Below, piece by piece: positions 42,727 to 53,234 of a stretch of 64,000 bases of DNA; positions within the stretch are counted from its first letter, which is position 1; each line of letters begins with the position of its first letter. Position numbers and translations under genes: made by a program. The stretch is from a bacterium. GTDB lineage: Bacteria > UBA8248. The DNA is taken from assembly GCA_965213685.1 (NCBI GenBank), contig CBDBZY010000031.1, forward strand, positions 96,001 through 160,000, read 5' to 3'. The notes beneath the pieces were generated by a model, which saw only the letters and a list, made by a program, of their open reading frames with translations, made no database searches and had not been told where the DNA came from.

Positions 42727-42929
42727 CCCTCCCCCCTCTCCCCTGGCGACCGACCGGCGGCCCCCCAGCGGGAGGAACGCCGCGTCCGCCGAAACCCGGA
42801 ATCTACCCTGCAAATACCGATGCGCCAAACCGCCCGGAGAAATTTTTCGGGAAATGGCCCCCGCCTCCCGCCGGCGTAACGCCCGCCGGCGCGTTCCGAA
42901 GGCGCTCCCCAAACGGCGGACCGCGCGAA

Positions 42930-42958
42930 TTGACAGGCTCCCCGCTCCCCCGTAATCT
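42930..42958 (+). promoter_or_regulatory. Sigma70-like promoter
   Basis: TTGACA-17 nt-TAATCT upstream of the Cache gene. Confidence 0.6.
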
Positions 42959-43028
42959 CCCCTCTCTCTCTGTTTTCCCCATTCTACCCGAACGCCAACG
43001 AGGCGACATTCGCGGAGGAGCCGATTTC

Positions 43029-43502
43029 ATGGAACGCGCCTTCACCCGAAAAGCCATCCTCACCGCTTGTCTGCTGCTGCTCGCAACGCCCGCTTTCGCC
43101 CATAAGGTCGCGCGCGGCACCGCCCCCCAGGCCCAGGCCATGGTGGCCCGCGCCATCGCCCTGTTCGATCAGGCGGGCGCGAAAGCGGCGCTGGATCGCT
43201 TCACCAACAAGCCAGGGGTCGAATTCAACCAGGCCGACCTCTACATTTTCGTGCTTCGGGAGAAGGACGGCGCCATCGTCGCCCACGCCGCAGACCGCTC
43301 GCTCATCGGCCGGGACGTCAGAAAAATCAAAGACGCCAGGGGCCGGGACATCGGCCGCTCCCTTCTGGACCGCGCCACTCCCGAGGGCGCATGGGCCGAC
43401 TACTGGTGGAAAGACCCCATCTCGGGCAAGGCGCTCGCCAAGTCTTCCTGGGTCGTCCGCCACAAGGGACACGTCTTCGGCTGCGGCATCTACAAGCCCT
43501 GA
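43029..43502 (+). CDS. Stand-alone exported single Cache-domain protein
   Basis: Signal peptide; AQAMVARAIA, DLYIFV, VAH, WADYWW..P..K.S and GCGIY motifs. Confidence 0.85.
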   Translation: MERAFTRKAILTACLLLLATPAFAHKVARGTAPQAQAMVARAIALFDQAGAKAALDRFTNKPGVEFNQADLYIFVLREKDGAIVAHAADRSLIGRDVRKIKDARGRDIGRSLLDRATPEGAWADYWWKDPISGKALAKSSWVVRHKGHVFGCGIYKP

Positions 43503-43551
43503 AGGTATGATAGGATGACCGCCAGCCGAAACCATCCAGGGAGGGGCGCGT

Positions 43552-44367
43552 ATGCACGCCTCCGCCACCGCCCGGCAAGACGCCAGACTTCATGACCGCC
43601 TGCGGCTCGCCTCGTTTCCGGTGGCGGTGAAGTTCCTGGAATCCTGGGAGGATTTGCCGCCCCGGACGAAGCGCCCCCTTGCGGACATGGGCAACCGGTT
43701 CACCACCTGCCAGGCGGTCGCCATGGCGCGGCACCACGGCCGGGTGCTGGCGCTCGGGCGCGAGGACAGCAGCTGCGTGCTCGGAGCGATGGCCCTGGGC
43801 ATCGAGAAGCGCCTGCCCCACTACACCGAGGGCAACCTGTGCATCGACCTCTACACGGAGAACCTCGAGGCGGGCCGCCTGAGCGAGGCGAGCGTGCCGA
43901 GGCTGCCCGAGGGAAAATACGCGGGCGTCCTCGTCGCGCCGCTGGGCCGGGCCGCCTTCACGCCCGACTCCGTCATCATCTACGGCAACGGCGCGCAAAT
44001 CATGCGCCTGGGCCAGGCTTGGCTCTGGAAGCGCGGCGGCACGCTCACCAGCGCGTTCCGGGGCAGAATCGACTGCGCCGACCTCGCCATCGCCCCGCAC
44101 ACGACGGGCGAGCCGCAGATGGTCGTCCCCTGCACGGGGGACAGGATTTTCGGCCAGGTGCAGGATCACGAAGTGGCCTTCTCCTTCCCCTACGCCCTGA
44201 TCGAGGAGATTCTAGAGGGACTCGAAGCCACCCACCGGGCGGGGACGCGCTACCCGGTGACGAACTGGCTCAACTATTCGGGCGGCTTCCCGCCCTCCTA
44301 CGAGCGCTACCGGGAGATGCTCGAGGGGGAGGAGGAGGAATCCGCCGAAGGCGAGCAGGCCGTATAG
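43552..44367 (+). CDS. DUF169-family protein
   Basis: PVAVKF, TCQAVAMAR, PDSVIIYGNGAQIMRL and PCTGDR motifs. Confidence 0.8.
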   Translation: MHASATARQDARLHDRLRLASFPVAVKFLESWEDLPPRTKRPLADMGNRFTTCQAVAMARHHGRVLALGREDSSCVLGAMALGIEKRLPHYTEGNLCIDLYTENLEAGRLSEASVPRLPEGKYAGVLVAPLGRAAFTPDSVIIYGNGAQIMRLGQAWLWKRGGTLTSAFRGRIDCADLAIAPHTTGEPQMVVPCTGDRIFGQVQDHEVAFSFPYALIEEILEGLEATHRAGTRYPVTNWLNYSGGFPPSYERYREMLEGEEEESAEGEQAV

Positions 44368-44407
44368 CGGCGCACCCTCGGGGGAGGCTCGAACAGGAGG
44401 GGGGAGA

Positions 44408-45310
44408 ATGGTGTCTCGTTTCAGGCTTTCGGCGGCGCTTCCGGTGGGAATCGCCCTCTGCCTCTCGGCGTGGACGCCAGCAGTCCCCGCGCGGGCGGAA
44501 CCACCCTGCGCGGACTGGAACACGCCCTCATTTTTCAAGCGCGCCGACGCGGCGGACGTCTCGCGTTGCCTGAAAGCGGGGGCCAGGATCAACGCGCGGA
44601 ACAAGCGCGGATGGACACCCCTGCACGCAGCGGCGGCAAAAAGCGAAACCCCGGCAATCATCACAGCCCTCCTGCAGGCGGGAGCCAGGATCAACGCGCG
44701 GAACAAGATCGGATGGACGCCCCTGCACGCAGCGGCGGCAGGCAGCAAAACCCCGGCAATCCTCTCAACACTCATCAAAGCCGGAGCCAGGATCAACGCC
44801 CGGAACAAGTTCGGATGGACGCCCCTGCACATGGCGGCGAGATACAGCGAAACCCCAGCAATCCTTACAACACTCATCAAGGCCGGAGCGGAAGTCAACG
44901 CGCGAGACAAGGGCGGAGTGATGCCCCTGCACGTGGCGGCGGAAAAAAGCAAAACCCCGGCAATCATCTCAACACTCATCAAGGCCGGAGCGGAGGTCAA
45001 CGCGCGGAACAAGGGCGGAGTGATGCCCCTGCACGTGGCGGCGGAAAAAAGCAAAACCCCGGCAATCATCTCAACACTCATCAAGGCCGGAGCGGAAATC
45101 AACGCGCGGGACAAGGGCGGATGGACGCCCCTGCACCGGGCGGCGGCAAAAAGCAAAACGCCGGCGGTCGTGGAGGCCTTGCTGGACGCCGGGGCGGACC
45201 CTGCGGCGCGAAACAGAGCGGGCAAAACGCCGTGGGACTTGGCGAAAAACAACGCCGCACTCAAGGGGACGGATGTATATTGGCGGCTGAACGATGGGCG
45301 GTTCAAGTAG
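44408..45310 (+). CDS. Secreted ankyrin-repeat protein (6 full repeats)
   Basis: Signal peptide, CADWNT..FF..DVSRCL N-cap, 34-aa GxTPLHxAA...LxKAGAxxNAR repeats. Confidence 0.95.
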   Translation: MVSRFRLSAALPVGIALCLSAWTPAVPARAEPPCADWNTPSFFKRADAADVSRCLKAGARINARNKRGWTPLHAAAAKSETPAIITALLQAGARINARNKIGWTPLHAAAAGSKTPAILSTLIKAGARINARNKFGWTPLHMAARYSETPAILTTLIKAGAEVNARDKGGVMPLHVAAEKSKTPAIISTLIKAGAEVNARNKGGVMPLHVAAEKSKTPAIISTLIKAGAEINARDKGGWTPLHRAAAKSKTPAVVEALLDAGADPAARNRAGKTPWDLAKNNAALKGTDVYWRLNDGRFK

Positions 45311-45568
45311 AAGCGGAGGGGGGAAGCCCACCCGAAAATCCTCCGGCGAACGATAGCAGGGACGCGCACCCGCCTGTGTGCCCGGCTTCTCCCGGAGCCG
45401 GTCGAGCATCCCGTGCGCGTACGGGGGAGGCGGTCATCTTCCGATGCGGGCGAGTTTCTGCCTGCGGGCAATTTTTGGTATAGGAAGATTGGTTGACGCT
45501 ATACCTGATGCGGGCGAGGTCCGACCGTTTTGCGAGCGGTTTTCGGGTGCGAAGAAGGAGGGGGAGGA

Positions 45569-46801
45569 ATGAGGCGGTGCCTGAAATTGTTCATCGCGGG
45601 GCTTTGTCTTTCTCTCTCTGTCTTGGTGGACACAGTCCCCGCACAGGCGGCGGCAAACAGCAAAACTCCGGCAATCCTCACAACACTCCTCAAGGCCGGA
45701 GCGGAGGTCAACGCACGAGACAAGTATGGACATACGCCCCTGCGCGAGGCGGCGGCACTCAGCGAAACCCCGGCAATCATCATAACCCTCCTCAAGGCCG
45801 GAGCGAAGGTCAACGCGCGAGACAAGGACGGAGGGACACCCCTGCACGCAGCGGCGGCCAGAGAAACCCAGGTAATCCTCACAACACTCCTCAAGGCCGG
45901 AGCGGAAGTCAACGCGCGGGACAAGGACGGATGGACGCCCCTCCACCGGGCGGCGAGGGCGGCGGCATTCAGCAAAACCCCGGCAACCCTCACAACACTC
46001 CTCAAGGCGGGAGCAGAAGTCAATGCGCGAGACAAGGACGGACGAACGCCCCTCCACTGGGCGGCGGGAGACAGCGAAATCCGGGCAATCCTCACAATAC
46101 TCCTGAAGGCGGGAGCGGAGGTCAACGCGCGGGACAAGGACGGATGGACGCCCCTGCACGCAGCGGCGGCATTCAGCGAAACCCCGGCAATCCTCACCAC
46201 CCTCCTCAAGGGAGGAGCGGAGATCAACGCGCAGGACAAGGACGGACGAACGCCCCTCCACTGGGCGGCGGGAGACAGCGAAATCCGGGCAATCCTCACA
46301 ATACTCCTGAAGGCGGGAGCGGAGGTCAACGCGCGGGACAAGGACGGATGGACGCCCCTGCACATGGCGGCGGCGAGATTCAGCAAAACCCCGGCAATCC
46401 TCTCAACACTCCTCAAAGCCGGAGCGGAGGTCAACGCGCGGGACAAGCGCGGAGGGACGCTCCTGCACTGGGCGGCGGCATACAGCAAAACCCCGGCAAT
46501 CCTCACCACCCTCCTCAAGGGAGGAGCGGAGATCAACGCGCGGGACAAGGGCGGATGGACGCCCCTGCACTCGGCGGCGATATTCAGCAAAACCCCGGCG
46601 GTCGTGGAGGCCTTGCTGGACGCCGGGGCGAATCCTGCGGCGCGAGACAGAGCGGGCAAAACGCCTTGGGACTTGGCGAAAAACAACGGCGCACTCAAGG
46701 GGACGAAGGTCTATTGGCGGCTGAACGATGGGAGGTTCCAGGCGCCAAAAACCCGGGAATACCGGGAAAGGCGCAAAAACAGAAACGTTTTTACCTTTTA
46801 G
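45569..46801 (+). CDS. Secreted ankyrin-repeat protein (9 full repeats), paralogue of the upstream gene
   Basis: Signal-like N-terminus, 33-37-aa ANK repeats, shared C-cap AGKTPWDLAKNN..LKGT.VYWRLNDGRF. Confidence 0.95.
   Translation: MRRCLKLFIAGLCLSLSVLVDTVPAQAAANSKTPAILTTLLKAGAEVNARDKYGHTPLREAAALSETPAIIITLLKAGAKVNARDKDGGTPLHAAAARETQVILTTLLKAGAEVNARDKDGWTPLHRAARAAAFSKTPATLTTLLKAGAEVNARDKDGRTPLHWAAGDSEIRAILTILLKAGAEVNARDKDGWTPLHAAAAFSETPAILTTLLKGGAEINAQDKDGRTPLHWAAGDSEIRAILTILLKAGAEVNARDKDGWTPLHMAAARFSKTPAILSTLLKAGAEVNARDKRGGTLLHWAAAYSKTPAILTTLLKGGAEINARDKGGWTPLHSAAIFSKTPAVVEALLDAGANPAARDRAGKTPWDLAKNNGALKGTKVYWRLNDGRFQAPKTREYRERRKNRNVFTF
46031..46363 (+). repeat. Exact 129-bp duplication inside ankyrin gene 2 (46031-46159 = 46235-46363)
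   Basis: Identical DNA at a 204-bp (two-repeat) offset. Confidence 0.85.
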
Positions 46802-46896
46802 GCGGACGCGCTCCCTCCCCCATCAGCCGCCCATCCGGGGACGGCGCGCGCCCGCGCGACGCAGCGCTTCTTGATTCGCCCAGGGAGACCGACTTT

Positions 46897-47616
46897 ATGC
46901 CCCGGATCATCGACCTCTCCATGCCCGTCCACATGTGGATGGAGCGCTACCCGGGCACCCCGCAGCCCGTCATCCAGATGATAGAGAGCACGTTCGAGTC
47001 TGCAAAGCGCATCGGGACGGACAAGATGGGCTTTCCCGAGTTGTTCGCGCACAGCGTGTGCATCTTCAGCGAGCATTGCGGCACCCACATCGACGCGAGG
47101 AGCCACGGCGGACGAAACGACTCGCGCTCCGAGCACATTCCGCTCGAGAAGTGCTACGGCCCCGGCCTGCGGCTGGACATGCGCCACAAGAAGCCGGGGG
47201 CGCCCATCGGCGTCGATGATTTGAAAGAGGCGCTCGCCAGGGAGGACTACGCCATTCGGGGGGGAGAGATCGTCTTTCTGTGGACGGGAGCGGCCGCCTA
47301 CAACGATGAGCCGCGATACCTGACCGACCATCCCGGCATGGTGGGGGAAAGCGCGGAATGGCTGATCGACCAGGGCGTCCAGGTGATGGGCATCGACGCG
47401 CCGGGGTTCGACCTGCCCATCCGGGAGATGCTCGAGCGAAAAGACCCCTGGCCCTGCCACCGCCTGTTCCAGACGCGCGAATACTGGCACATCGAGAACC
47501 TGTGCCGCCTCGACGCCATTCCCGCCGCCCACGGGTTCACCGCCAGCGTCCTGCCGCTGGCCTGGCGAGGGGCCACCGGAACCCACATTCGCGCCGTCGC
47601 CATCGTGGACGGATAG
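46897..47616 (+). CDS. Cyclase / kynurenine formamidase family metallohydrolase
   Basis: IIDLS, EHCGTHIDARSH, GIDAPGFD and IENL motifs. Confidence 0.9.
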   Translation: MPRIIDLSMPVHMWMERYPGTPQPVIQMIESTFESAKRIGTDKMGFPELFAHSVCIFSEHCGTHIDARSHGGRNDSRSEHIPLEKCYGPGLRLDMRHKKPGAPIGVDDLKEALAREDYAIRGGEIVFLWTGAAAYNDEPRYLTDHPGMVGESAEWLIDQGVQVMGIDAPGFDLPIREMLERKDPWPCHRLFQTREYWHIENLCRLDAIPAAHGFTASVLPLAWRGATGTHIRAVAIVDG

Positions 47617-47623
47617 GCCAGCC

Positions 47624-48660
47624 ATGCGCTTCTCTCTCGGCGGAACGGTAAAGCGGAAAAGTCGCCTCGCCCGCATCCTGCTCGTCCTCGCACTCTCGCC
47701 GCTCCCGGCGTCGCCATTTTTCGCGGCGGGCGCGGCGGAGCCTCCCCCGGGACGCGAGGGGCGCATCCGCGCCTACGCGCGCACCCTCCGCGCGCACCTG
47801 GCGTCCGACCCGTATCCGCTGATCGATCTGGAAGTCTCTCTGGCCCAGTGGCGGAGCGCGGCGCAGCTCGTAGAGGGCATGAACCGCGCGGGGGGTCGCA
47901 CTCGCCGCGATCACCGCCCCCGACGAAGACGCCATCCGGAAGGCGGCGAGGCGCCATCCCCATCGGCTGATCCCCCTCACCGCCTCGGCCGAACCGGAAA
48001 CATGGGCGCGGGGCGAAGGGCGCCATCTCTCCAGCGTCAGGCGGCAGCTCGCCCGGGGCGCGTTCGGAATCGGCCCCATCGCGTGGCGGCCGGCGCCCTC
48101 TCGTTCAGACAGAACAGAAACGGCGCGGGCGCGCAGGGCGCTGCGGGCGCTCATGCGCCTGGCGACGTCCATGCGCGTCCCCCTCTGGATTCGGATGGCG
48201 CCCCACGACGCGGGCCTGGGCCGGCTGGAGCGGCGGCTGAGGTCGGCGCCCGAAGCGCGGGTCATCTGGACGCAGGCGGGCAGGATACCGAACCCGGCCG
48301 CCCTGCCCGGCTATGGGCACGGCCTCTTCCGGGCGTTGAGCCTCCGGCACGCCAACCTGTCTTTCACGCTGACCCAGGACCCACCCCCCGCCACGTACTC
48401 TCCCGCCACGCGGAAAAAAAAACCACCTGTTCGACCCGAGCGGGGCACTCTCCGCCGAATGGCGGGCGCTGCTGGAAGCGCGGGTGCGGCACTTCGTGGT
48501 CGGAAGCGCCCTCTCCCGGGCGACGCCCTCCGCATACGCGAGGCGAACGCGCCTGTTTCGGGAAGGAGTCCTCGGGAAAATCCGTCCGCCAGCCAGAGAG
48601 CGCATCGCCTACCGGAACGCATGGCGTCTGCTGACGCGGCGGCGCTGGCCGCCCCCCTGA
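47624..48660 (+). CDS. Exported amidohydrolase-fold-like protein lacking canonical metal ligands, two frameshifts as assembled
   Basis: Joined frames give LIDLEVS..MNRAG|VALA..PHRLIP..GIGPI..|..WRALLE..HFVVGS..RERIAYRNAWRL. Confidence 0.5.
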
Positions 48661-48800
48661 GCCGCAAAAGGCTCCCGAATCCGTTGCGTCCGGCCGGGGG
48701 CGCGGGGATAATGGGGCCCCCTCCGGCGGCGGGTGCGCCGCGGCGGTTGATTCCGCGGAAACGGGACGGGACGTACGCGCGACGCGCAAGGAGTTTCGCC

Positions 48801-49949
48801 ATGCACAGCATACGGCATCCGAAACGAACGTGGTTTGGCCCCGGAACCGTCTCCAAAATCCGGGACGAGGCGGAGTTCCTGGGCGCCGGCAGCGCGCTTT
48901 TCCTCACCGACGAGGGGGTGCGGGGCGCGGGAGTCGCGGACATGGCACTGGCGCCCCTCCGGGAGGCGGGCGTGGAAATCGAGATATACGACGCGTGCCC
49001 GCCCGAGCCGGCCATCGGCGATCTGGAAGAGGCGTTTGCGCAATGCCGGGGCCGCTCTTTCGACCTGGTGGTCGGGGTCGGGGGCGGCAGTTCGATGGAC
49101 ATGGCGAAATCCATCGGCGCCCTGCTGGGGAACGACGGCGCGCCCAGGGACTACCTGGGGGTCGAACTCGTGCCAAAACCCGGCGTGCCGACCATCCTGG
49201 CGCCCACCACGAGCGGAACCGGCGCGGAGGCGACTCCCAACGCCATCTTCTCGGTGCCGGAGGAGCAGGTGAAGCTGGCCATCGTCAGCACCCACATCAT
49301 CCCGTTCGCCGCCATCGTCGACCCGAACCTCACGCTTTCCGCCCCGCCCCGGGTTACCTCCGCCGCCGGGGTGGACGCCCTGACGCATTGCCTGGAAACC
49401 TACGTGGCCCGAAACGCCACCCCCCTGAGCGAGATGTACAGCCTCGAGGGGATGCGGCGCATCGCCGGTGCCCTGCGGCGCGTATGCGCTGATGGAAGCG
49501 ACATCGAAGCCAGAACCGACATGAGCCTGGGCTCCTACTATGGCGGCGTCGCGCTCGCCGGCGCGGGGGCGGGCGCCATCCACGCCCTGGCGTATCCGCT
49601 CGGCTCCCGGTTCCACATCCCCCACGGGGTCAGCAACTCCTTGATGTTCTCCCACGTCATGCGGGAGAACCACGCGGCGGCGCCCGAGAAATTCGCCCGC
49701 ATCGCCCAAATCCTCGGCGAGCCCACCGAGGGCGTCCCGCAAGACGAGGCGGCCGCACTCTCCGTCGGCGCGGTGGAGAAGCTCTGCCGGGACTGCGGGG
49801 TGCCCACCCGGCTCGGCGAGGTGAACGTCCCCGCGCACGCCATCCCGGAGCTGGCCGAAGCCGCCTTCAGGCTCGAGCGCCTTTTGCGCTGCAACCCCAG
49901 GGAGCTCACCCTGGAGGACATCGAGAGGATATACCGCGCCGCGGCCTGA
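48801..49949 (+). CDS. Iron-containing alcohol dehydrogenase
   Basis: GGGSSMD, PTTSGTGAE, DALTHCLE, IHALAY and HIPHG motifs. Confidence 0.93.
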   Translation: MHSIRHPKRTWFGPGTVSKIRDEAEFLGAGSALFLTDEGVRGAGVADMALAPLREAGVEIEIYDACPPEPAIGDLEEAFAQCRGRSFDLVVGVGGGSSMDMAKSIGALLGNDGAPRDYLGVELVPKPGVPTILAPTTSGTGAEATPNAIFSVPEEQVKLAIVSTHIIPFAAIVDPNLTLSAPPRVTSAAGVDALTHCLETYVARNATPLSEMYSLEGMRRIAGALRRVCADGSDIEARTDMSLGSYYGGVALAGAGAGAIHALAYPLGSRFHIPHGVSNSLMFSHVMRENHAAAPEKFARIAQILGEPTEGVPQDEAAALSVGAVEKLCRDCGVPTRLGEVNVPAHAIPELAEAAFRLERLLRCNPRELTLEDIERIYRAAA

Positions 49950-49950
49950 C

Positions 49951-50736
49951 ATGCGCATCCAGCCGACTCCCGCGCACGCGCTGCGCCCGATGATGGGGAT
50001 CTCTCCCGGCGACATGGTCTGCGTCATGGGGGCGGGAGGCAAGGCCACGCTGATGAAGCGGCTCGTCCGCGAGATGCTGGACGCGCCATTTCCCGTCATC
50101 ATCACCAGCACGACGAACCTCCACGCCCTCGGCGACGAGGACGCCCCCGCCGTCCTTCTGAGCGAGGAGGGTCGGGCCGGGCTGCAATCCGTCGCCCGGA
50201 GCTGGTCTGAACGCGGCGCCGTCGTCTGGGTGGAGAAAAAATTGCCCCACAACATGTTTCGCGGCCTCGAGGCGAGTGCGGTGGAGGCGTTGTTCGCCTC
50301 GGGTTTTCATGGCGTGATGATAGTGAAAACGGACGGGGCGCGAAAACGACTCATCAAGGCACCGGGACCGCACGAGCCGGTCATCCCCCGGGGAGCGACG
50401 CATTGCGTCGTCGTGCTCGGGCTGGGTGCGGTGGGACGAAAGGCGGACGAGGAAATTGTCCACCGCATGGAGAAGGTGCGCGCCATGACGGGTTTGCGGG
50501 CCGGCGACGTCATCGAGCCGCGCCACCTGGCGAGGCTGGCGGGTCATCCGGACAGCTATCCGAGCCGGTTTCCCCCGAACGCGAAGAGGGTGCTGTATCT
50601 GAGCCATTGCGCCTCCCCCGAAGCCCTCCGGGACGCGCGAGCGATATTCGCGGCCGTGCCGGAGGGGGCCTACGACGCGCTCATCGCCGGGGATTCCGTG
50701 GCGGGAAATTTCTATCCTGGGAGAATCCGCACATGA
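49951..50736 (+). CDS. yqeC: Selenium cofactor biosynthesis accessory protein YqeC-like
   Basis: VMGAGGKATL (P-loop-like), IITSTT and KTDGARKRLIKAPGPHEPVIP, matching the YqeC xxADGxR...KAPxxHEP pattern. Confidence 0.75.
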   Translation: MRIQPTPAHALRPMMGISPGDMVCVMGAGGKATLMKRLVREMLDAPFPVIITSTTNLHALGDEDAPAVLLSEEGRAGLQSVARSWSERGAVVWVEKKLPHNMFRGLEASAVEALFASGFHGVMIVKTDGARKRLIKAPGPHEPVIPRGATHCVVVLGLGAVGRKADEEIVHRMEKVRAMTGLRAGDVIEPRHLARLAGHPDSYPSRFPPNAKRVLYLSHCASPEALRDARAIFAAVPEGAYDALIAGDSVAGNFYPGRIRT

Positions 50737-51915
50737 TCGGCGCGGCGGCCATCAGAACGTATCTCGAAGCCCGAAAAGGGGAGATCATCGACCAAATCGC
50801 CCACGTGGTGAACATCGACTCCCCGACGTTTCCGAGCGGGGGGAACGAACGCCGTCTCCTCTCATTTCGCGGAGAACTATCGCAAGATGGGAGCCGACGT
50901 AGAGATGATTCCGGGGACGCATGAGACGGGAGATCATCTTCTGGCGACGTTTCGCGGCGCCAGAGAAGACGGCGCCCGGATATTCCTGATCGGGCATTGC
51001 GACACCGTTTTTCCGGAGGGAACCGCCGCGCAAAGGCCGTTCGCCATCCGGGAGGGCGTCGCCTATGGCCCCGGGGTGGCCGACATGAAGGGGTGCCTGG
51101 TGGTCTGTCAATTCGTGATGGAGGCGCTGCTGGCCAACGGCTTTCGGGAGTTCGCGGAAATCCAGGTTTTATACGACACCGACGAGGAGCGCGGAAACCC
51201 CTCCTCCCGGAAAGTGATCGAGCGAATCGGGCGAAACGCCGCCGTCGCGCTGATCATCGAATCCGGCCGCGCGGACGGCTCCCTCGTATCATCGAGAAAA
51301 GGGAGCTGCTACGGAAGGCTGCGCGTCGGAGGTGTCTCGGCCCACGCGGGCGTCGACCCCGAAAGGGGCAGAAGCGCCGTCCATGAACTCGCCCACAAAA
51401 TGGTGGCCATCCAGAACCTGGAGCGCGAGGGCGGCACCATCAACATCACCGGCCTCGCCGGCGGGCACAGGCCGCACATCGTGGCGGATGCGGCCTCTTG
51501 CCATGTCGAAATGCGCGCGGACCGGCAGGCGACCCTGGATTCCATGACAAACGAGATGGCGCGGATCGTCGCCGCGCCCCACATTGCGGGAACGCGCCCG
51601 GAGTTTGAAAACATCAGCGAAAGGCCGGTCATGGAGTGCAACCGCGCAACGGAGAAACTCCTCGCCGCCGCAGCCAGAATCGCACCGGAGGCGGGCGTCC
51701 GCTTTCGGCACACCCCCACCGGCGGGGGTTCTGACGGCAATTATCTCTCGCCGCTCGGGGTGGCCGTCCTCGACGGCTTGGGCCCCGTGGGCGGGTGCCT
51801 GCATACGGACGCGGAATACCTGGAGCTCGACTCCATCGCCCCCAGAGGCGCGTTGCTGGGGGGATTGGTGGAGGAATTCTCATCCGGGCGAGGCGCGCGG
51901 CGGAGGGGCGGCTAG
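50733..51915 (+). CDS. M20 peptidase (glutamate carboxypeptidase-like), frameshift near 50830-50860
   Basis: VNIDSPT, GHCDTVF, GPGVADMKG, DEE, AHAG, GGGSDGN and HTDAE motifs. Confidence 0.88.
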
Positions 51916-53153
51916 TCCTCGCAGGGAACCCCCGCCTCCGTTCGGGGCCTGGGCTCCGCAACCACCCTCTCCTCCAGCAACTCCTCTATTCTCTCATCGC
52001 CCAGCCCGAGAAGACCCGACAATATCTCCCGGGTGTGCTCCCCGTGCAAAGGCGCCGGGCCCTGCACCTTGCCCGGGTGCTCGGAGAATTTGGGGGGAAC
52101 GCCGGTCGCGTTCACCTTGCCCAGAAGCGCATGCTCCGTCTCCACCACCATCTCTCTGTGATGCACCTGCTCATCCTCGAGCGCCTCCCGCACGTCATAG
52201 ACCGGACTGCACGGAATCCCCTTTTCCTCCAGCAACCTCAGCCATTCATCCCCGTTCCGCCTGGCCAGGTATCCCTCCAGTATGGGGATGAGTTCGCCCC
52301 TGTTTTCCGCGCGGCTGGGGATGTCCACAAACCTCGGGTCGCGCGCCAGCCGGGGGGCGCCGATGATGCGGCAAAAATCCCTCCAGAACCGATCGCTCGT
52401 CACGCCGATGATGATTTCCTTGTCCTTCGCCCGGAGCGCCTGGTAGGGGACAATCTGAAAGTGGGCCGAACCCCACCGCCCGCCGACGCTGCCATCCATG
52501 AAATAGCAGCCGCTCAGGTTCGTGAGCAACGACACGCTGCTGTCCAGCAGGGAAAGGTCGATATATTGCCCCCTGCCCGTCTTCTCCCTGGCGAACAGCG
52601 CGCTGGCCACGCCATAGGCCGCCCACATGCCCGCCGTGAGGTCGCTCAGCGGAACGCCGGCCTTGCAGGGCCCGCCGTCCGGCTCTCCCGTCGCGCTCAT
52701 GATGCCGCTCATCGCCTGGCCAACGATGTCAAAGCCCGAGCGCTCCCGATACGGGCCCGTCTGCCCGAAACCGGAAACGGAAACGTACACGAGCCGGGGG
52801 TTCAGGGCGCGGAGCGCCTCGTATCCCACGCCCAGGCGCGCGGCGACGCCCGGCCGAAAATTCTCCACGAAGACGTCCGCCCGCCTCGCGATGGCGCGGG
52901 CGAGCTCCAGCCCCGCGTCTGTCTTGAGATCGACCACGACGCTCTTCTTCCCCCGGTTCACGCTCAGGAAATAGGCGCTCTCCCCCTTCTCGAACGGAGG
53001 CCCCCAGGTGCGGGTCTCGTCTCCGCTTCCGGGGGGCTCCAGCTTGATGACGTCCGCGCCCAGGTCCGAGAGCATCATGGTGCAAAAAGGCCCGGCGAGG
53101 ATGCGGGACAAATCCAGCACGCGAATTCCCCGCAATGGTCCCTGTCCGCTCAT
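51912..53153 (-). CDS. CaiB/BaiF family CoA-transferase
   Basis: PLRGIRVLDLSRILAGPFCT, NRGKKS and ENFRPG motifs. Confidence 0.93.
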   Translation of the reverse strand: MSGQGPLRGIRVLDLSRILAGPFCTMMLSDLGADVIKLEPPGSGDETRTWGPPFEKGESAYFLSVNRGKKSVVVDLKTDAGLELARAIARRADVFVENFRPGVAARLGVGYEALRALNPRLVYVSVSGFGQTGPYRERSGFDIVGQAMSGIMSATGEPDGGPCKAGVPLSDLTAGMWAAYGVASALFAREKTGRGQYIDLSLLDSSVSLLTNLSGCYFMDGSVGGRWGSAHFQIVPYQALRAKDKEIIIGVTSDRFWRDFCRIIGAPRLARDPRFVDIPSRAENRGELIPILEGYLARRNGDEWLRLLEEKGIPCSPVYDVREALEDEQVHHREMVVETEHALLGKVNATGVPPKFSEHPGKVQGPAPLHGEHTREILSGLLGLGDERIEELLEERVVAEPRPRTEAGVPCED

Positions 53154-53234
53154 GATATGGCCCTTCCCGAAAAAATCGAAAAACGCTCCAGACACGTCGC
53201 CATGCGCAAGGCGGCGCGGCTGCTCCTTCCGGTT

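Noticed and set aside
41452-42912. Apparent fusions in the ORF track (dehydrogenase + hypothetical; also ACAD-MaoC 38399-40123, ANK-cyclase 45493-47616 and 48153-49949)
   Set aside because: They arise from frameshifts or open upstream frames; each downstream gene has its own start and RBS
44408-46801. Ankyrin repeats as a CRISPR array or diversity-generating retroelement
   Set aside because: The repeats are in-frame coding units with no unique spacers; no cas or reverse transcriptase gene is in the window
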